Notes: generated by a model not told the origin, from the letters alone. A stretch of 40,407 nt of DNA from an uncultured Gammaproteobacteria bacterium (GCA_964598995.1 CAZRDR010000067.1:1-40407), one strand, 5' to 3'; counted from the stretch's first letter, positions 9,596 through 17,776 are shown. Made by a program: numbers and translations.

Positions 9596-10965
9596 AAAAT
9601 CTGAATTTTAAACTATGGCTTCCATTTAGTCTCCTTGGAGTACTTTTCCTCTGCATAAAATTATCCTCCCTTGGTATCCGCGCATCAGATACTAATATTT
9701 ATTTTTATACTGCTAAGGAACTACTTTCAGGCAAAGTGCTTTATAAAGATATCTTCTTTACTAACTTTCCGCTTATTCCTTATATTGGAGCACTCTATTA
9801 TCTTATCTCAGGGGGGAACCTCCTCTTTTACTATTTTACTGCCTCGCTAGAAACCTTGCTTACTGCTGGACTCATTTACTTCCTTGCCTATCGACAAAGT
9901 TCATCTCGACTCGTTGCAACAACAACAGCGAGCCTCTACCTCTTTTCATTTATTCTACTCGCAACGACTGATCACCAAACAGGAGTCTTTTTAGCTACAT
10001 TGTGGATTACCCTGAGTTATTTCTTCCTTAATCATAGAAGGTATTTACTCGTAGGAGTCTTTGCGGCTTTAGCAATGCTGACAAAAGCTTATTCACTTCC
10101 ACTCATCCTTAGTATGCTGGTGTTTCTTTTGCTAAAAGAGCCTCAGCAAGTTATCAAATTTTGTCTTGGAGGTATTATGACAGGTTTTATTGTCCTCCTA
10201 CCATCACTTCTACTTGCTCGAAATGACCTTATTAAAGATGTTATTTTTTACTCCCTCACAAGATCTCAAGGGTTAAGTAAGTCAGGCATTCTTGTATTTG
10301 TATTTCAACATGATTTTCTATTTGTTCTCATTCTGATTGGCACAATTCTCATGATCAAAAAACAGCTCTTCTTTGGCCTATTCTCGCTCTTTAGTATTCT
10401 CTTTTTTACGTTTTATAAAGATGTGTACTATCTATACCTGAATGTTACGCTACCAATACTCTGCTTAGCTTTTCCTGTAAGTGTAGAATTCTTAGAAAAA
10501 AAGCTCTCACTCAATCGATTTCTCATACCAACGATTATTTTTATCGCAATTATCTATAATCTCGCGACTTACTTTTCAGGATACAATAAGCTTCAGGTGC
10601 TCCCAGTTAATGAACTAACTAAGATGATTCATCAAACAAAGGCCCCTGTTCTGTATGGTGTTAATGGAATTACCCCAGCACTCGCGTATATAACTCATAA
10701 GCCTCTTCTTAACAATATCGTTGATACCAATGACAATATTTTTCGGAAAGGCTACCTCAATGCAAATACCTTAACTATGGATGCTATTAAACAACACGCG
10801 CTCATTGTGACACAGGGGGTTTGGTATCCAGAGCAAGGCATTACCCAAGACTTCATGACAGACATCATCGATACCAAATTAGTTAATAATAATTGTCATG
10901 TGGTAAACCGATTTCCGTTTAGATCAGAAGGAGTTATCAACTCAATTACGCTTTCTTCTTGCTAA
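9592..10965 (+). CDS. polytopic GT-C-like membrane glycosyltransferase (ArnT/GT39/GT87-like)
   Basis: 457 aa and multi-TM, with an N-terminal loop motif SDTNIYFYTAKELLSGKVLYKDIFFTNFP. It is translationally coupled to the upstream gene (ATGA overlap). Confidence 0.5.
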   Translation: MKNLNFKLWLPFSLLGVLFLCIKLSSLGIRASDTNIYFYTAKELLSGKVLYKDIFFTNFPLIPYIGALYYLISGGNLLFYYFTASLETLLTAGLIYFLAYRQSSSRLVATTTASLYLFSFILLATTDHQTGVFLATLWITLSYFFLNHRRYLLVGVFAALAMLTKAYSLPLILSMLVFLLLKEPQQVIKFCLGGIMTGFIVLLPSLLLARNDLIKDVIFYSLTRSQGLSKSGILVFVFQHDFLFVLILIGTILMIKKQLFFGLFSLFSILFFTFYKDVYYLYLNVTLPILCLAFPVSVEFLEKKLSLNRFLIPTIIFIAIIYNLATYFSGYNKLQVLPVNELTKMIHQTKAPVLYGVNGITPALAYITHKPLLNNIVDTNDNIFRKGYLNANTLTMDAIKQHALIVTQGVWYPEQGITQDFMTDIIDTKLVNNNCHVVNRFPFRSEGVINSITLSSC

Positions 10966-11497
10966 CTTTTTTACGTGGGATTTCATAAATGGTGATGTGG
11001 TTTTTCTCATCACGTGCGATCTGTGGGAGATAGTCAATCGGATAGACATAACTAATTACTCTCGTTCCAGGACGGAGTTCACGAATAAATTTAGACTCTA
11101 ATTTTCGCAATGTCTGTGGGATGAGATAAACAGAGACGACGGTAGCACGTGAGATATCCTCATCAAAAAGATTTTTTCGTTTTATCGTAATTTTGTCTCC
11201 AAGTCCATCAAGTAAGATACGAACTCTCGCAATAAATACTCGGGAAGGGTCGATCTCAATCCCTACCCCAGTTGTACCTTTAGAAGAGCTCGCAGTCAAC
11301 AAGAGTGTTCCATCACCACAGCCGAGGTCGTAGAGGATATCGTCTTTTGTGATATCCGCTAACTTAATCATTGCTTTAGCGACTTTACTATTAGTCCGCC
11401 ACCATGGAGACCAAGGACTATCTGGCGGCCAAATCATAGATAGGAGAAAAAGAAGAAGTGCTACCGTGATGACAACTAATAAAAAGGCTAACAGCAT
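10946..11497 (-). CDS. N-terminally membrane-anchored class I (seven-beta-strand) SAM-dependent methyltransferase
   Basis: A TM helix (LLAFLLVVITVALLLFLL) is followed by the SAM motif I YDLGCGDGTLLL, then GVGIEIDP. I chose Met-13 of the track ORF as the start because it lies 4 nt after the upstream stop. The alternative start is 11533. Confidence 0.7.
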   Translation of the reverse strand: MLLAFLLVVITVALLLFLLSMIWPPDSPWSPWWRTNSKVAKAMIKLADITKDDILYDLGCGDGTLLLTASSSKGTTGVGIEIDPSRVFIARVRILLDGLGDKITIKRKNLFDEDISRATVVSVYLIPQTLRKLESKFIRELRPGTRVISYVYPIDYLPQIARDEKNHITIYEIPRKKVSKKKA

Positions 11498-11501
11498 ACT
11501 T

Positions 11502-12857
11502 CTAGTATACTGATCCTGCTGCAAGCCGCGCAATCTGTGAATTTAGTTGGTCCTCAAGCTGGAGTAATACCTCACCACGATCTTGCATATGCAACGCATC
11601 TTGTGAATCAGGCGGTAGCACATTTAGAGCACGCAAAACTTTACGTTGATTCTCTTGAACTGCAACAAGTTTTTTAACAAGTTCTATTTCTTGGGCTTTT
11701 GCTGTTTTTTCTTTAGTTGTTGAAATTATCGTCGGCTCAACAGCAACAACATCGGTAATCGATACTACGTCACCATTAAGAGACACCTGCTGAATACCTA
11801 ACTCTGACATTCCATGTCCTTCAACTGAGTGATAAAGAAGCAGCTCTTTAACCCGAGGATCATCACAGTCAATTGCAGGATCAAATTGCCCATGGGTAAT
11901 TATTTGATGGTCTTTATTAGCAACGTCTTGTTGACCAGCTATTTTTTCTACTTGGAATCTAGAGTTAAGCCAGGCAAGGACAATTTCATCAACATCATAC
12001 ATTCTGTCGTACTTTGCATTGAGGAATAACGGAGGTGTACCTTCCCTCTCTGCTACATCTCCCTTTGAGAATTTATACATCCAACCAGTAGCTGTTTTAA
12101 AAAGATCAAAATTTTCAAAAAATGTCGTATCATTCATCAATGCTTCATATTTCTCTTCATCTGTTGCACCTTCTTTGTAATATTGCAAAAAATTACTTAC
12201 TTGAACTGCAACAGTAGGAGAGAGTAAGAGTAAGGCGTTCTGCATCGGAGAAGGATCTCGAAGGACCTGTGGCACTATGTCCAAATCGTCTATCTGGATA
12301 TCTTCACCTGCAACTGTTGTTGAAAAGCGCATCACTACTTCTCCTGGCTTTGTATATTGGAGAGGCACACGTTGCTCAGCATAATGAGGAGTTCTAATGA
12401 TAGGTATGTTATAGGTTAAAGGCTGACCAATTGCTAAGTTAGGTAATAGTTGATTGTCAACCTTGCCTTGAATCCAGGCTAACGATCCTTTGGGATCACC
12501 TTCTGTTCTAACTGAGATAGATGGTAATTCTCCCTCAGGAGCTGAGAAGCGGACTTCACGGACAAGACCTCCATCAAAGAAGATCTCTGACGTATAAGGA
12601 AGATCCTGATAGGCTAACTCTCCAATAGCAGCTCTTTTTTCTTTGTCTGAAAACTTCTGGGAGCCTGCTTCAGCTGCGTGGAGCGATGAAAAAGGATCAC
12701 GCGAAAAATCGATTCTTCGCTGCCACGCTTCAATATCTTCTTGAGGAACCCCTGCCAAGGCTACGCCAATCCCAAAGCCAGCAGCTCTTCTAAAAAGCTC
12801 TCGTCGTGAAAAAGCAGTATCTGGAATAGGTTGACCTTCAACGCTCATACTCTTCAA
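11502..12857 (-). CDS. hypothetical exported protein with twin-arginine-type signal
   Basis: The N-terminus SRRELFRRAAGFGIGVALAG fits the Tat consensus (S/T-R-R-x-F-L-K plus an h-region). I recognise no family for the remaining ~410 aa. Confidence 0.6.
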   Translation of the reverse strand: MKSMSVEGQPIPDTAFSRRELFRRAAGFGIGVALAGVPQEDIEAWQRRIDFSRDPFSSLHAAEAGSQKFSDKEKRAAIGELAYQDLPYTSEIFFDGGLVREVRFSAPEGELPSISVRTEGDPKGSLAWIQGKVDNQLLPNLAIGQPLTYNIPIIRTPHYAEQRVPLQYTKPGEVVMRFSTTVAGEDIQIDDLDIVPQVLRDPSPMQNALLLLSPTVAVQVSNFLQYYKEGATDEEKYEALMNDTTFFENFDLFKTATGWMYKFSKGDVAEREGTPPLFLNAKYDRMYDVDEIVLAWLNSRFQVEKIAGQQDVANKDHQIITHGQFDPAIDCDDPRVKELLLYHSVEGHGMSELGIQQVSLNGDVVSITDVVAVEPTIISTTKEKTAKAQEIELVKKLVAVQENQRKVLRALNVLPPDSQDALHMQDRGEVLLQLEDQLNSQIARLAAGSVY

Positions 12858-12874
12858 TTGAGAAGTATAGCACG

Positions 12875-13486
12875 CTATTGTAGGGTTAACCTGACAGCTA
12901 ATTTGTCAGCTCGTTCGTTATTCTCATCGCCTGAATGTCCGAGAACCTTTTGATAATCTACTTCTAAATTGTTCTGTGTGACGACGTCATGAATGCGTTG
13001 AAAAATATCACGATTTTCTTTGACTAATTCAGGGCGTTTCATAACTCCATGAATCGTAATCTGGCTATCGGTATTTATCTGAATTCGTTTAAAGTCCTTA
13101 GATACCGCCCATTTTAACGCATAGTATATGGCTAAGGCCTCACCCCGATTATTGGTCTGCTTACCATCGACTAACCCCGCCTCTTCATGATCGCCTGACA
13201 CAAATGCCCAGGCGGCTTTAGCATTTTCTCGTCCGTTATTACTGGATGCACCATCGGTCCAAATTTCTACGTCATAACTTCCCCGATCAAGTGAGTTTTT
13301 CGTCGTGAACAAATCGAAGTTCTGATTAACCTGCTTAAAGCTTTCGTCAAAGTACATTCGTCCACACCGAGGACAAAAGTAATAAGCAGTATAGTAGTAA
13401 GGTTTTTTTAACTGTTGGGGAGTTCGTTTTGTATGCTTGACGATAAGTGGAGTTCCATCAACTTTACACTGAAGAGTTTTGTCCAT
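12875..13486 (-). CDS. rnhA: RNase HI with N-terminal ~70-aa Cys/His (zinc-ribbon-like) extension
   Basis: All four RNase H DEDD elements are present: IWTDGAS, NNRGEALA, INTDSQ and NNERADKLA. The N-terminus carries QCKVDG...H...CPRCG. Confidence 0.8.
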   Translation of the reverse strand: MDKTLQCKVDGTPLIVKHTKRTPQQLKKPYYYTAYYFCPRCGRMYFDESFKQVNQNFDLFTTKNSLDRGSYDVEIWTDGASSNNGRENAKAAWAFVSGDHEEAGLVDGKQTNNRGEALAIYYALKWAVSKDFKRIQINTDSQITIHGVMKRPELVKENRDIFQRIHDVVTQNNLEVDYQKVLGHSGDENNERADKLAVRLTLQ

Positions 13487-13490
13487 GCGG

Positions 13491-15632
13491 TTACTCTATA
13501 ACAATCTTCTGGTCTTTGACAAGAAGTTTAACAGTATCATTTGGTTTTATTGAGCCATCAATAACCCGTAATGCGATTTCATCAACGAGTTTCTCCTCAA
13601 TGAGACGGCGTAGCGGACGTGCTCCAAAGACTGCGTCATAACCTTCTTCAGCAAAATACGAGACCAATTCATCAGTTATCACAAGCGTGATATCATTTTC
13701 AGCCAGCCGTACTTTGACTCGCTCTAACTGGAGGCGAGCAATTTCCATGATTTCTTTTGCCCCCAGTGGCTTATAGATGACGACTGAATCAAGACGATTT
13801 AAAAACTCTGGCTTAAAGTAGGTATTAAGTACTTCCCATACTTTGGTATTCATTTCCTGTGGATCATCGATATTTTCTCTAATTACATCGCTTGCGACAT
13901 TACTCGTCATGATAACGATCGTATTTCTAAAATCGACGACTCTCCCTTTTCCATCGGTCAGACGTCCTTCATCGAAAAGCTGCAAAAAGACATTAAAGAT
14001 TTGTGGATGGGCTTTCTCAACCTCATCAAGAAGAATAACTGAGTATGGTCTGCGTCTGACGGCCTCTGTGAGCTGACCGCCTTCCTCATAGCCGACATAA
14101 CCAGGAGGTGCACCGATAAGACGAGCGATGCTATGAGGTTCTTGGTATTCAGTCATGTCGATACGCGTCATGGCATGTGGATCGCTAAACAGAAGCGTTG
14201 CTAAAGCTTTTGCAGTCTCTGTTTTACCAACACCTGTCGGACCAAGAAAGAAGAATGATCCAATTGGTTTATTTTTCTCACCCAGTCCAGAGCGAGAGCG
14301 TCTGATTGCCCGCGCGACGACATCGACCGCTTTGTCCTGACCAATTACCATTTTTTGCAGCTCTTCTTCAAGATTAACTAAGCGATCTGCCTCGGTTGAA
14401 AGGATACGATTGGCTGGAATTCCTGTCCACCGACTCACGACTTTTGCAATATCATCACTATCGACCTCTTCTCGTAAAACTCGCTGCTCTTCTGGAATTT
14501 TTGACCACTCAGTTGTCAGACTAGATAGTTGTTTTTCAAGCTCTGGTAATTTACCAAATTTTATCTCCGCAGCTTTCTGCAGATCTACTTCCCGTTCTGC
14601 CTTTTCTAACTCAATACGTAAAGCATCTATCTTAGCTCGCTGTTCTTGGATTTTTTTAATAATATCTTTTTGTTCTTCCCATCTGCTTTGAAGACTTTTT
14701 GCTTTTTCTTTCAGCTCTTCGAGTTCCTTCTCAGCTTGTTCTTTGCGGTTCTTAGCAATCTCTGTCTTCTCACGCTTGAGCGCTGCTAACTCAATTTCAA
14801 TCTGCGTAATTTTTCGTCTGAGCTGGTCAAGTTCTGTTGGCATACTTTCAGTCTCGATCTTAATAGCTGCAGCTGCCTCATCAACTAAATCAATTGCTTT
14901 ATCAGGTAAGAATCGCTCAGGAATATACTGTGCAGATAGTTTAGAGGCAGCGATCAATGCGTCATCAGTTATGCGAATTCCATGATGAAGTTCATATTTT
15001 TCTTTAATTCCACGAAGAATTGAGATAGTATCCTCAACGGTCGGCTCATCAACAGTTACTGGCTGAAACCTCCGTGCTAATGCCGGATCCTTTTCGATGT
15101 ATTTACGGTATTCATTAATAGTCGTCGCACCGATCATACGCAGAGTTCCACGCGCTAAGGATGGCTTAAGAATATTTGCTGCATCAACTGAACCTTCAGC
15201 AGCACCTCCACCAACTAATGTATGGAGTTCGTCAATAAAAATAATATATTTGCCATTGCCTTCCTCAACTGCTTTAATAACTCCTTTTAGTCGCTCTTCA
15301 AATTCTCCACGAAACTTCGCTCCGGCTAACAACTGAGCGAAATCTAAGACGATAAGTTCTTTATCTTTAAGAGGAGTAGGAACATTCCCTGAGACTATTT
15401 TTTGTGCAAGTCCTTCGACAATTGCTGTCTTACCAACACCTGGGTCACCAATGAGAATAGGATTATTTTTAGTTCGTCGAGAAAGTATTTCCATAGCTCG
15501 ACGAATTTCAATCTCACGACCAATAACTGGATCTAGTTTATGATTGCGAGCAGACTCAGTAAGATTAAGCGTGAATTTCTGAAGAGCCTCCTCAGGTGAG
15601 ACTGGTTTGAGTAAATCATTAATGTTATCCAT
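13491..15632 (-). CDS. clpB: ClpB-type AAA+ disaggregase lacking the N-terminal domain
   Basis: Two AAA+ modules (GDPGVGKT and GPTGVGKT) flank a long coiled-coil middle domain. The protein begins at the ...[13 protein letters not shown] segment that precedes NBD1. Confidence 0.9.
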   Translation of the reverse strand: MDNINDLLKPVSPEEALQKFTLNLTESARNHKLDPVIGREIEIRRAMEILSRRTKNNPILIGDPGVGKTAIVEGLAQKIVSGNVPTPLKDKELIVLDFAQLLAGAKFRGEFEERLKGVIKAVEEGNGKYIIFIDELHTLVGGGAAEGSVDAANILKPSLARGTLRMIGATTINEYRKYIEKDPALARRFQPVTVDEPTVEDTISILRGIKEKYELHHGIRITDDALIAASKLSAQYIPERFLPDKAIDLVDEAAAAIKIETESMPTELDQLRRKITQIEIELAALKREKTEIAKNRKEQAEKELEELKEKAKSLQSRWEEQKDIIKKIQEQRAKIDALRIELEKAEREVDLQKAAEIKFGKLPELEKQLSSLTTEWSKIPEEQRVLREEVDSDDIAKVVSRWTGIPANRILSTEADRLVNLEEELQKMVIGQDKAVDVVARAIRRSRSGLGEKNKPIGSFFFLGPTGVGKTETAKALATLLFSDPHAMTRIDMTEYQEPHSIARLIGAPPGYVGYEEGGQLTEAVRRRPYSVILLDEVEKAHPQIFNVFLQLFDEGRLTDGKGRVVDFRNTIVIMTSNVASDVIRENIDDPQEMNTKVWEVLNTYFKPEFLNRLDSVVIYKPLGAKEIMEIARLQLERVKVRLAENDITLVITDELVSYFAEEGYDAVFGARPLRRLIEEKLVDEIALRVIDGSIKPNDTVKLLVKDQKIVIE

Positions 15633-15641
15633 ATTTTACAT

Positions 15642-15671
15642 AGTATATCCACTTTTTAGCACTATTGTCAA
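15642..15671 (-). promoter_or_regulatory. clpB promoter (TTGACA-18 nt-TATACT), -10 ends 9 nt before the ATG
   Basis: The minus strand reads TTGACAatagtgctaaaaagtggaTATACTatgtaaaatATG. The -35 lies inside the CIRCE spacer. Confidence 0.6.
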
Positions 15672-15682
15672 TAGAGTGCTAA
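15656..15682. promoter_or_regulatory. CIRCE element (HrcA operator)
   Basis: TTAGCACTA-ttgtcaata-GAGTGCTAA compares with the consensus TTAGCACTC-N9-GAGTGCTAA. It has one arm mismatch and sits directly upstream of clpB. Confidence 0.8.
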
Positions 15683-15686
15683 ATGC

Positions 15687-15727
15687 TTAAACAAAAAACA
15701 ACCCACTTAAAAAAGCGGATTGTTTTT
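15687..15727 (-). terminator. rho-independent terminator after the yeaQ-like gene
   Basis: The minus-strand RNA has a 10-bp stem, AACAAUCCGC/GUGGGUUGUU (including 2 G-U pairs), with an 8-nt loop. It is followed by UUUUUUGUUU. Confidence 0.65.
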
Positions 15728-15744
15728 AATAATTAGCCACTTAA

Positions 15745-15996
15745 TTATCTATAGAGCACTGTTCGAGCGATGGCAATAACAATCACTGCTCCTAAGACTG
15801 CGACTACAACGGAATAAAGGTTAAAGCCTGTTACGCCAGAAGCACCAAAGAGATTCATCACAAAACCTCCTACTGCTGCTCCGATGATACCTAATATAAT
15901 ATTCATGAATTCTCCTTGCTCAGCATCAGTGTGCATAATCATAGATGCTACCCATCCTGCTAATGCTCCGAGAACAATCATCAGTAAAATATCCAT
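15745..15996 (-). CDS. GlsB/YeaQ/YmgE family (transglycosylase-associated) stress membrane protein
   Basis: MDILLMIVLGALAGWVASMI...GIIGAAVGGFV is typical of the family. The start was chosen at the Met preceded by AAGGAGGTG with 5-nt spacing. The longer track ORF extending to 16056 is unlikely. Confidence 0.8.
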   Translation of the reverse strand: MDILLMIVLGALAGWVASMIMHTDAEQGEFMNIILGIIGAAVGGFVMNLFGASGVTGFNLYSVVVAVLGAVIVIAIARTVLYR

Positions 15997-16113
15997 ATTC
16001 TCACCTCCTTCCAAGAATGATACGAGTGTATACCTGTGGAGTGAAAACCTCATCAAGAGTAGGTAAGAAATAGCTAAGAACTCCTCTATTGGAGGACTTG
16101 AGGTAAGTACAAC

Positions 16114-16139
16114 AAAAGCTACTAGATCTAGTAGCTTTT
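16114..16139. terminator. perfect 26-nt palindrome, bidirectional terminator-like hairpin
   Basis: AAAAGCTACTAGATCTAGTAGCTTTT forms a GC-containing stem flanked by A4 and T4. It lies downstream of the small minus-strand ORF. Confidence 0.6.
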
Positions 16140-16215
16140 GTCATATGCGAAATAATTTCGTTTGTAGTAATCATATCGAAACCTGCATGAAGATTTTGTT
16201 TACCCTTGGCAAAAT

Positions 16216-16365
16216 CTATTTTACAGGTGCCGATAGGACTGTATAGAAAGCTTCGATAAATCGATTCTTTTTAACCTTTTGAGGTACATTTGGAATTTTT
16301 ACCTCAATAACTTTCTCTGCTGTTTGTTTTTTTACTGTTACTGGTACGGGCAGTGATATTACCAT
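16216..16365 (-). CDS. small Lys-rich hypothetical protein (49 aa), not in the ORF track
   Basis: My hand translation gives MVISLPVPVTVKKQTAEKVIEVKIPNVPQKVKKNRFIEAFYTVLSAPVK*. It is preceded by AAGGAGGTG (16373-16381) at 7-nt spacing and followed by the palindromic terminator. Confidence 0.4.
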   Translation of the reverse strand: MVISLPVPVTVKKQTAEKVIEVKIPNVPQKVKKNRFIEAFYTVLSAPVK

Positions 16366-16479
16366 AATTATTCACCTCCTTTATCTATTAACTACTGCTA
16401 AGACCTACTTTACTTGTCGTGCGTGTGAATACATTGTCAAAAAGGGTAAGGAATTTGCAAGAGACTTCATCGGTTTTGC

Positions 16480-16485
16480 TACAAT
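16480..16485 (+). promoter_or_regulatory. -10 box (tTGCTACAAT) 6 nt upstream of the truB ATG; leaderless configuration
   Basis: Sequence is TGCTACAAT-acgctg-ATG. Confidence 0.5.
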
Positions 16486-16491
16486 ACGCTG

Positions 16492-17268
16492 ATGAATGAA
16501 GTTATTTCGCTCTACAAACCTGCTGGACTCACGCCTTCCCAACTTATTGACGACTTGAAGAAAAAATATCCATCCTTCGAAGGAGTAAAAATAAGTCCAG
16601 CCGGGAGACTCGATCCTATGGCAGAAGGCCTGGTATTACTCTTAGTCGGGGATGCCAATAAACGCCGTGATGAATTTCTGAAATTAGATAAGACCTATGA
16701 GTTTAGTATTCTCTTTGGTATCACAACGGATACCTATGACCTCTTAGGTAAAGTTCTAAAAACTGATTTTTCTTATTCCTACCCTGTCCTTAGCGAAAAA
16801 CTTCCAAAGCTCTTAGCTAGTCATATCGGTAAAACGTCTCAACCATATCCTCCTTTCTCCTCAAAACCAGTCAATGGTAAACCGTTATTTCACTATGCAA
16901 GAACTAAGCAACTAGAAGAAATTATCCTTCCTGAGAAAACTGTCACGATTAAAGAGCTCCATCTTATATCTCTATATAAAGATACTACTGATGAGGTGAA
17001 AAAAACTACTCTGGAAAAAATATCTGCTGTCGCAGGAGATTTCCGCCAAGAAGAAATTACAAAAATATGGGAGGAACAGTTCCCGTCATTCCCCACTACC
17101 CTCTCTGTTGCTGAATGTACTGCAACAGTCAGTAGTGGGACGTACATTCGTTCACTCGCTCATACATTAGGAGAAGAGTTAGGCTGTGGGGCACTCGCAT
17201 TTAGTATCAAACGAACAAAAATAGGAAACTATCGAGTGGAAGATGCGCTCTACCTTAACGAGCAATGA
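16492..17268 (+). CDS. truB: tRNA pseudouridine(55) synthase
   Basis: PAGRLDPMAEGLVLLLVG contains the catalytic Asp motif. The TruB-like length and the C-terminal ...SGTYIRSLA motif also fit. Confidence 0.85.
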   Translation: MNEVISLYKPAGLTPSQLIDDLKKKYPSFEGVKISPAGRLDPMAEGLVLLLVGDANKRRDEFLKLDKTYEFSILFGITTDTYDLLGKVLKTDFSYSYPVLSEKLPKLLASHIGKTSQPYPPFSSKPVNGKPLFHYARTKQLEEIILPEKTVTIKELHLISLYKDTTDEVKKTTLEKISAVAGDFRQEEITKIWEEQFPSFPTTLSVAECTATVSSGTYIRSLAHTLGEELGCGALAFSIKRTKIGNYRVEDALYLNEQ

Positions 17269-17776
17269 GTTCAGGATTGCCTCTGCCTTTGTTATCAGTA
17301 TCTAATCCGTATCCCTCTACCCAGACATCATCAGGAACAGTAAACCCAACAAAATCTGGAGTAAATTCTGTCTCTCTTTTACCAGGTTTATCGAGTAAGA
17401 CAACTGTCTTAACTGATTTAGCACCCCGATCATTTAGGATATCGATGAGGATTTTAATACTCCAGCCAGTCTCAATAATATCCTCAACGATGATGACGTC
17501 TTTATTAAGAGGATCAACACTCATGTCTTTAGTAATTTTAGGGTTACGTGAAGATTCACGTCCTTCGCTATAACTTGATATCCCAATAAAATCGATTTTG
17601 CACTCAATACAGCCTTTCTTCCATAAGGCCTTTGCTAAGTCAGAAGTGAACATAAATGCGCCGTTCATTACACCTATGAGGATAAAGTCTTTGTTTTTAT
17701 ACTCGGATGAAATCACCTCTGCCAAATCAGCCACTTTTTTTTCGATTTCGTGTTCACTAAATAATATTTTTGCCAT
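17255..17776 (-). CDS. hpt: hypoxanthine(-guanine) phosphoribosyltransferase
   Basis: The PRPP-binding motif VIIVEDIIETGWS is present and MAKILFSEHEIEKKVADLA is an Hpt-type N-terminus. A TGCTATAGT box at 17789-17794 abuts the Met at 17788, so I prefer the Met at 17776. The track start at 17848 is unlikely. Confidence 0.82.
   Translation of the reverse strand: MAKILFSEHEIEKKVADLAEVISSEYKNKDFILIGVMNGAFMFTSDLAKALWKKGCIECKIDFIGISSYSEGRESSRNPKITKDMSVDPLNKDVIIVEDIIETGWSIKILIDILNDRGAKSVKTVVLLDKPGKRETEFTPDFVGFTVPDDVWVEGYGLDTDNKGRGNPELIAR

Noticed and set aside
13843-15336. A series of 61-93 aa plus-strand ORFs inside clpB (13843, 14155, 14410, 14743, 15097), and similar antisense or alternate-frame ORFs inside other long genes (e.g. 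1215, 2083, 3558, 3926, 4363-4978, 5167, 6136-6626, 8667, 9025, 11829, 16893, 17265, 17598, 17929, 19936, 24254-24450, 24862, 25584, 25598, 27488, 28119, 28776, 29216, 31928, 33126-33828, 34220, 34949, 35501, 36376, 36464, 39016)
   Set aside because: They lie entirely within better-supported genes with recognisable family motifs. They lack start signals and have low-complexity or antisense-typical composition, so they are shadow ORFs.
10946-15632. An ATPase + RNase H nuclease + methyltransferase + unknown gene set, read as a possible novel anti-phage defence system
   Set aside because: The ATPase is an unambiguous ClpB, with two AAA+ modules, a coiled-coil M-domain and a CIRCE operator. The nuclease is an intact housekeeping-type RNase HI. 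The methyltransferase is membrane-anchored with a protein/small-molecule-type fold rather than DNA MTase motifs. A chaperone/stress operon is the more economical reading.
15997-16113. A possible riboswitch or structured leader upstream of yeaQ1 (ACCTCAAG...CTTGatgAGGT pairing)
   Set aside because: A plausible promoter (TTGATG-18 nt-TATACA) lies inside the region and would leave only a ~30-nt leader. The pairing is short, and I know of no matching motif.
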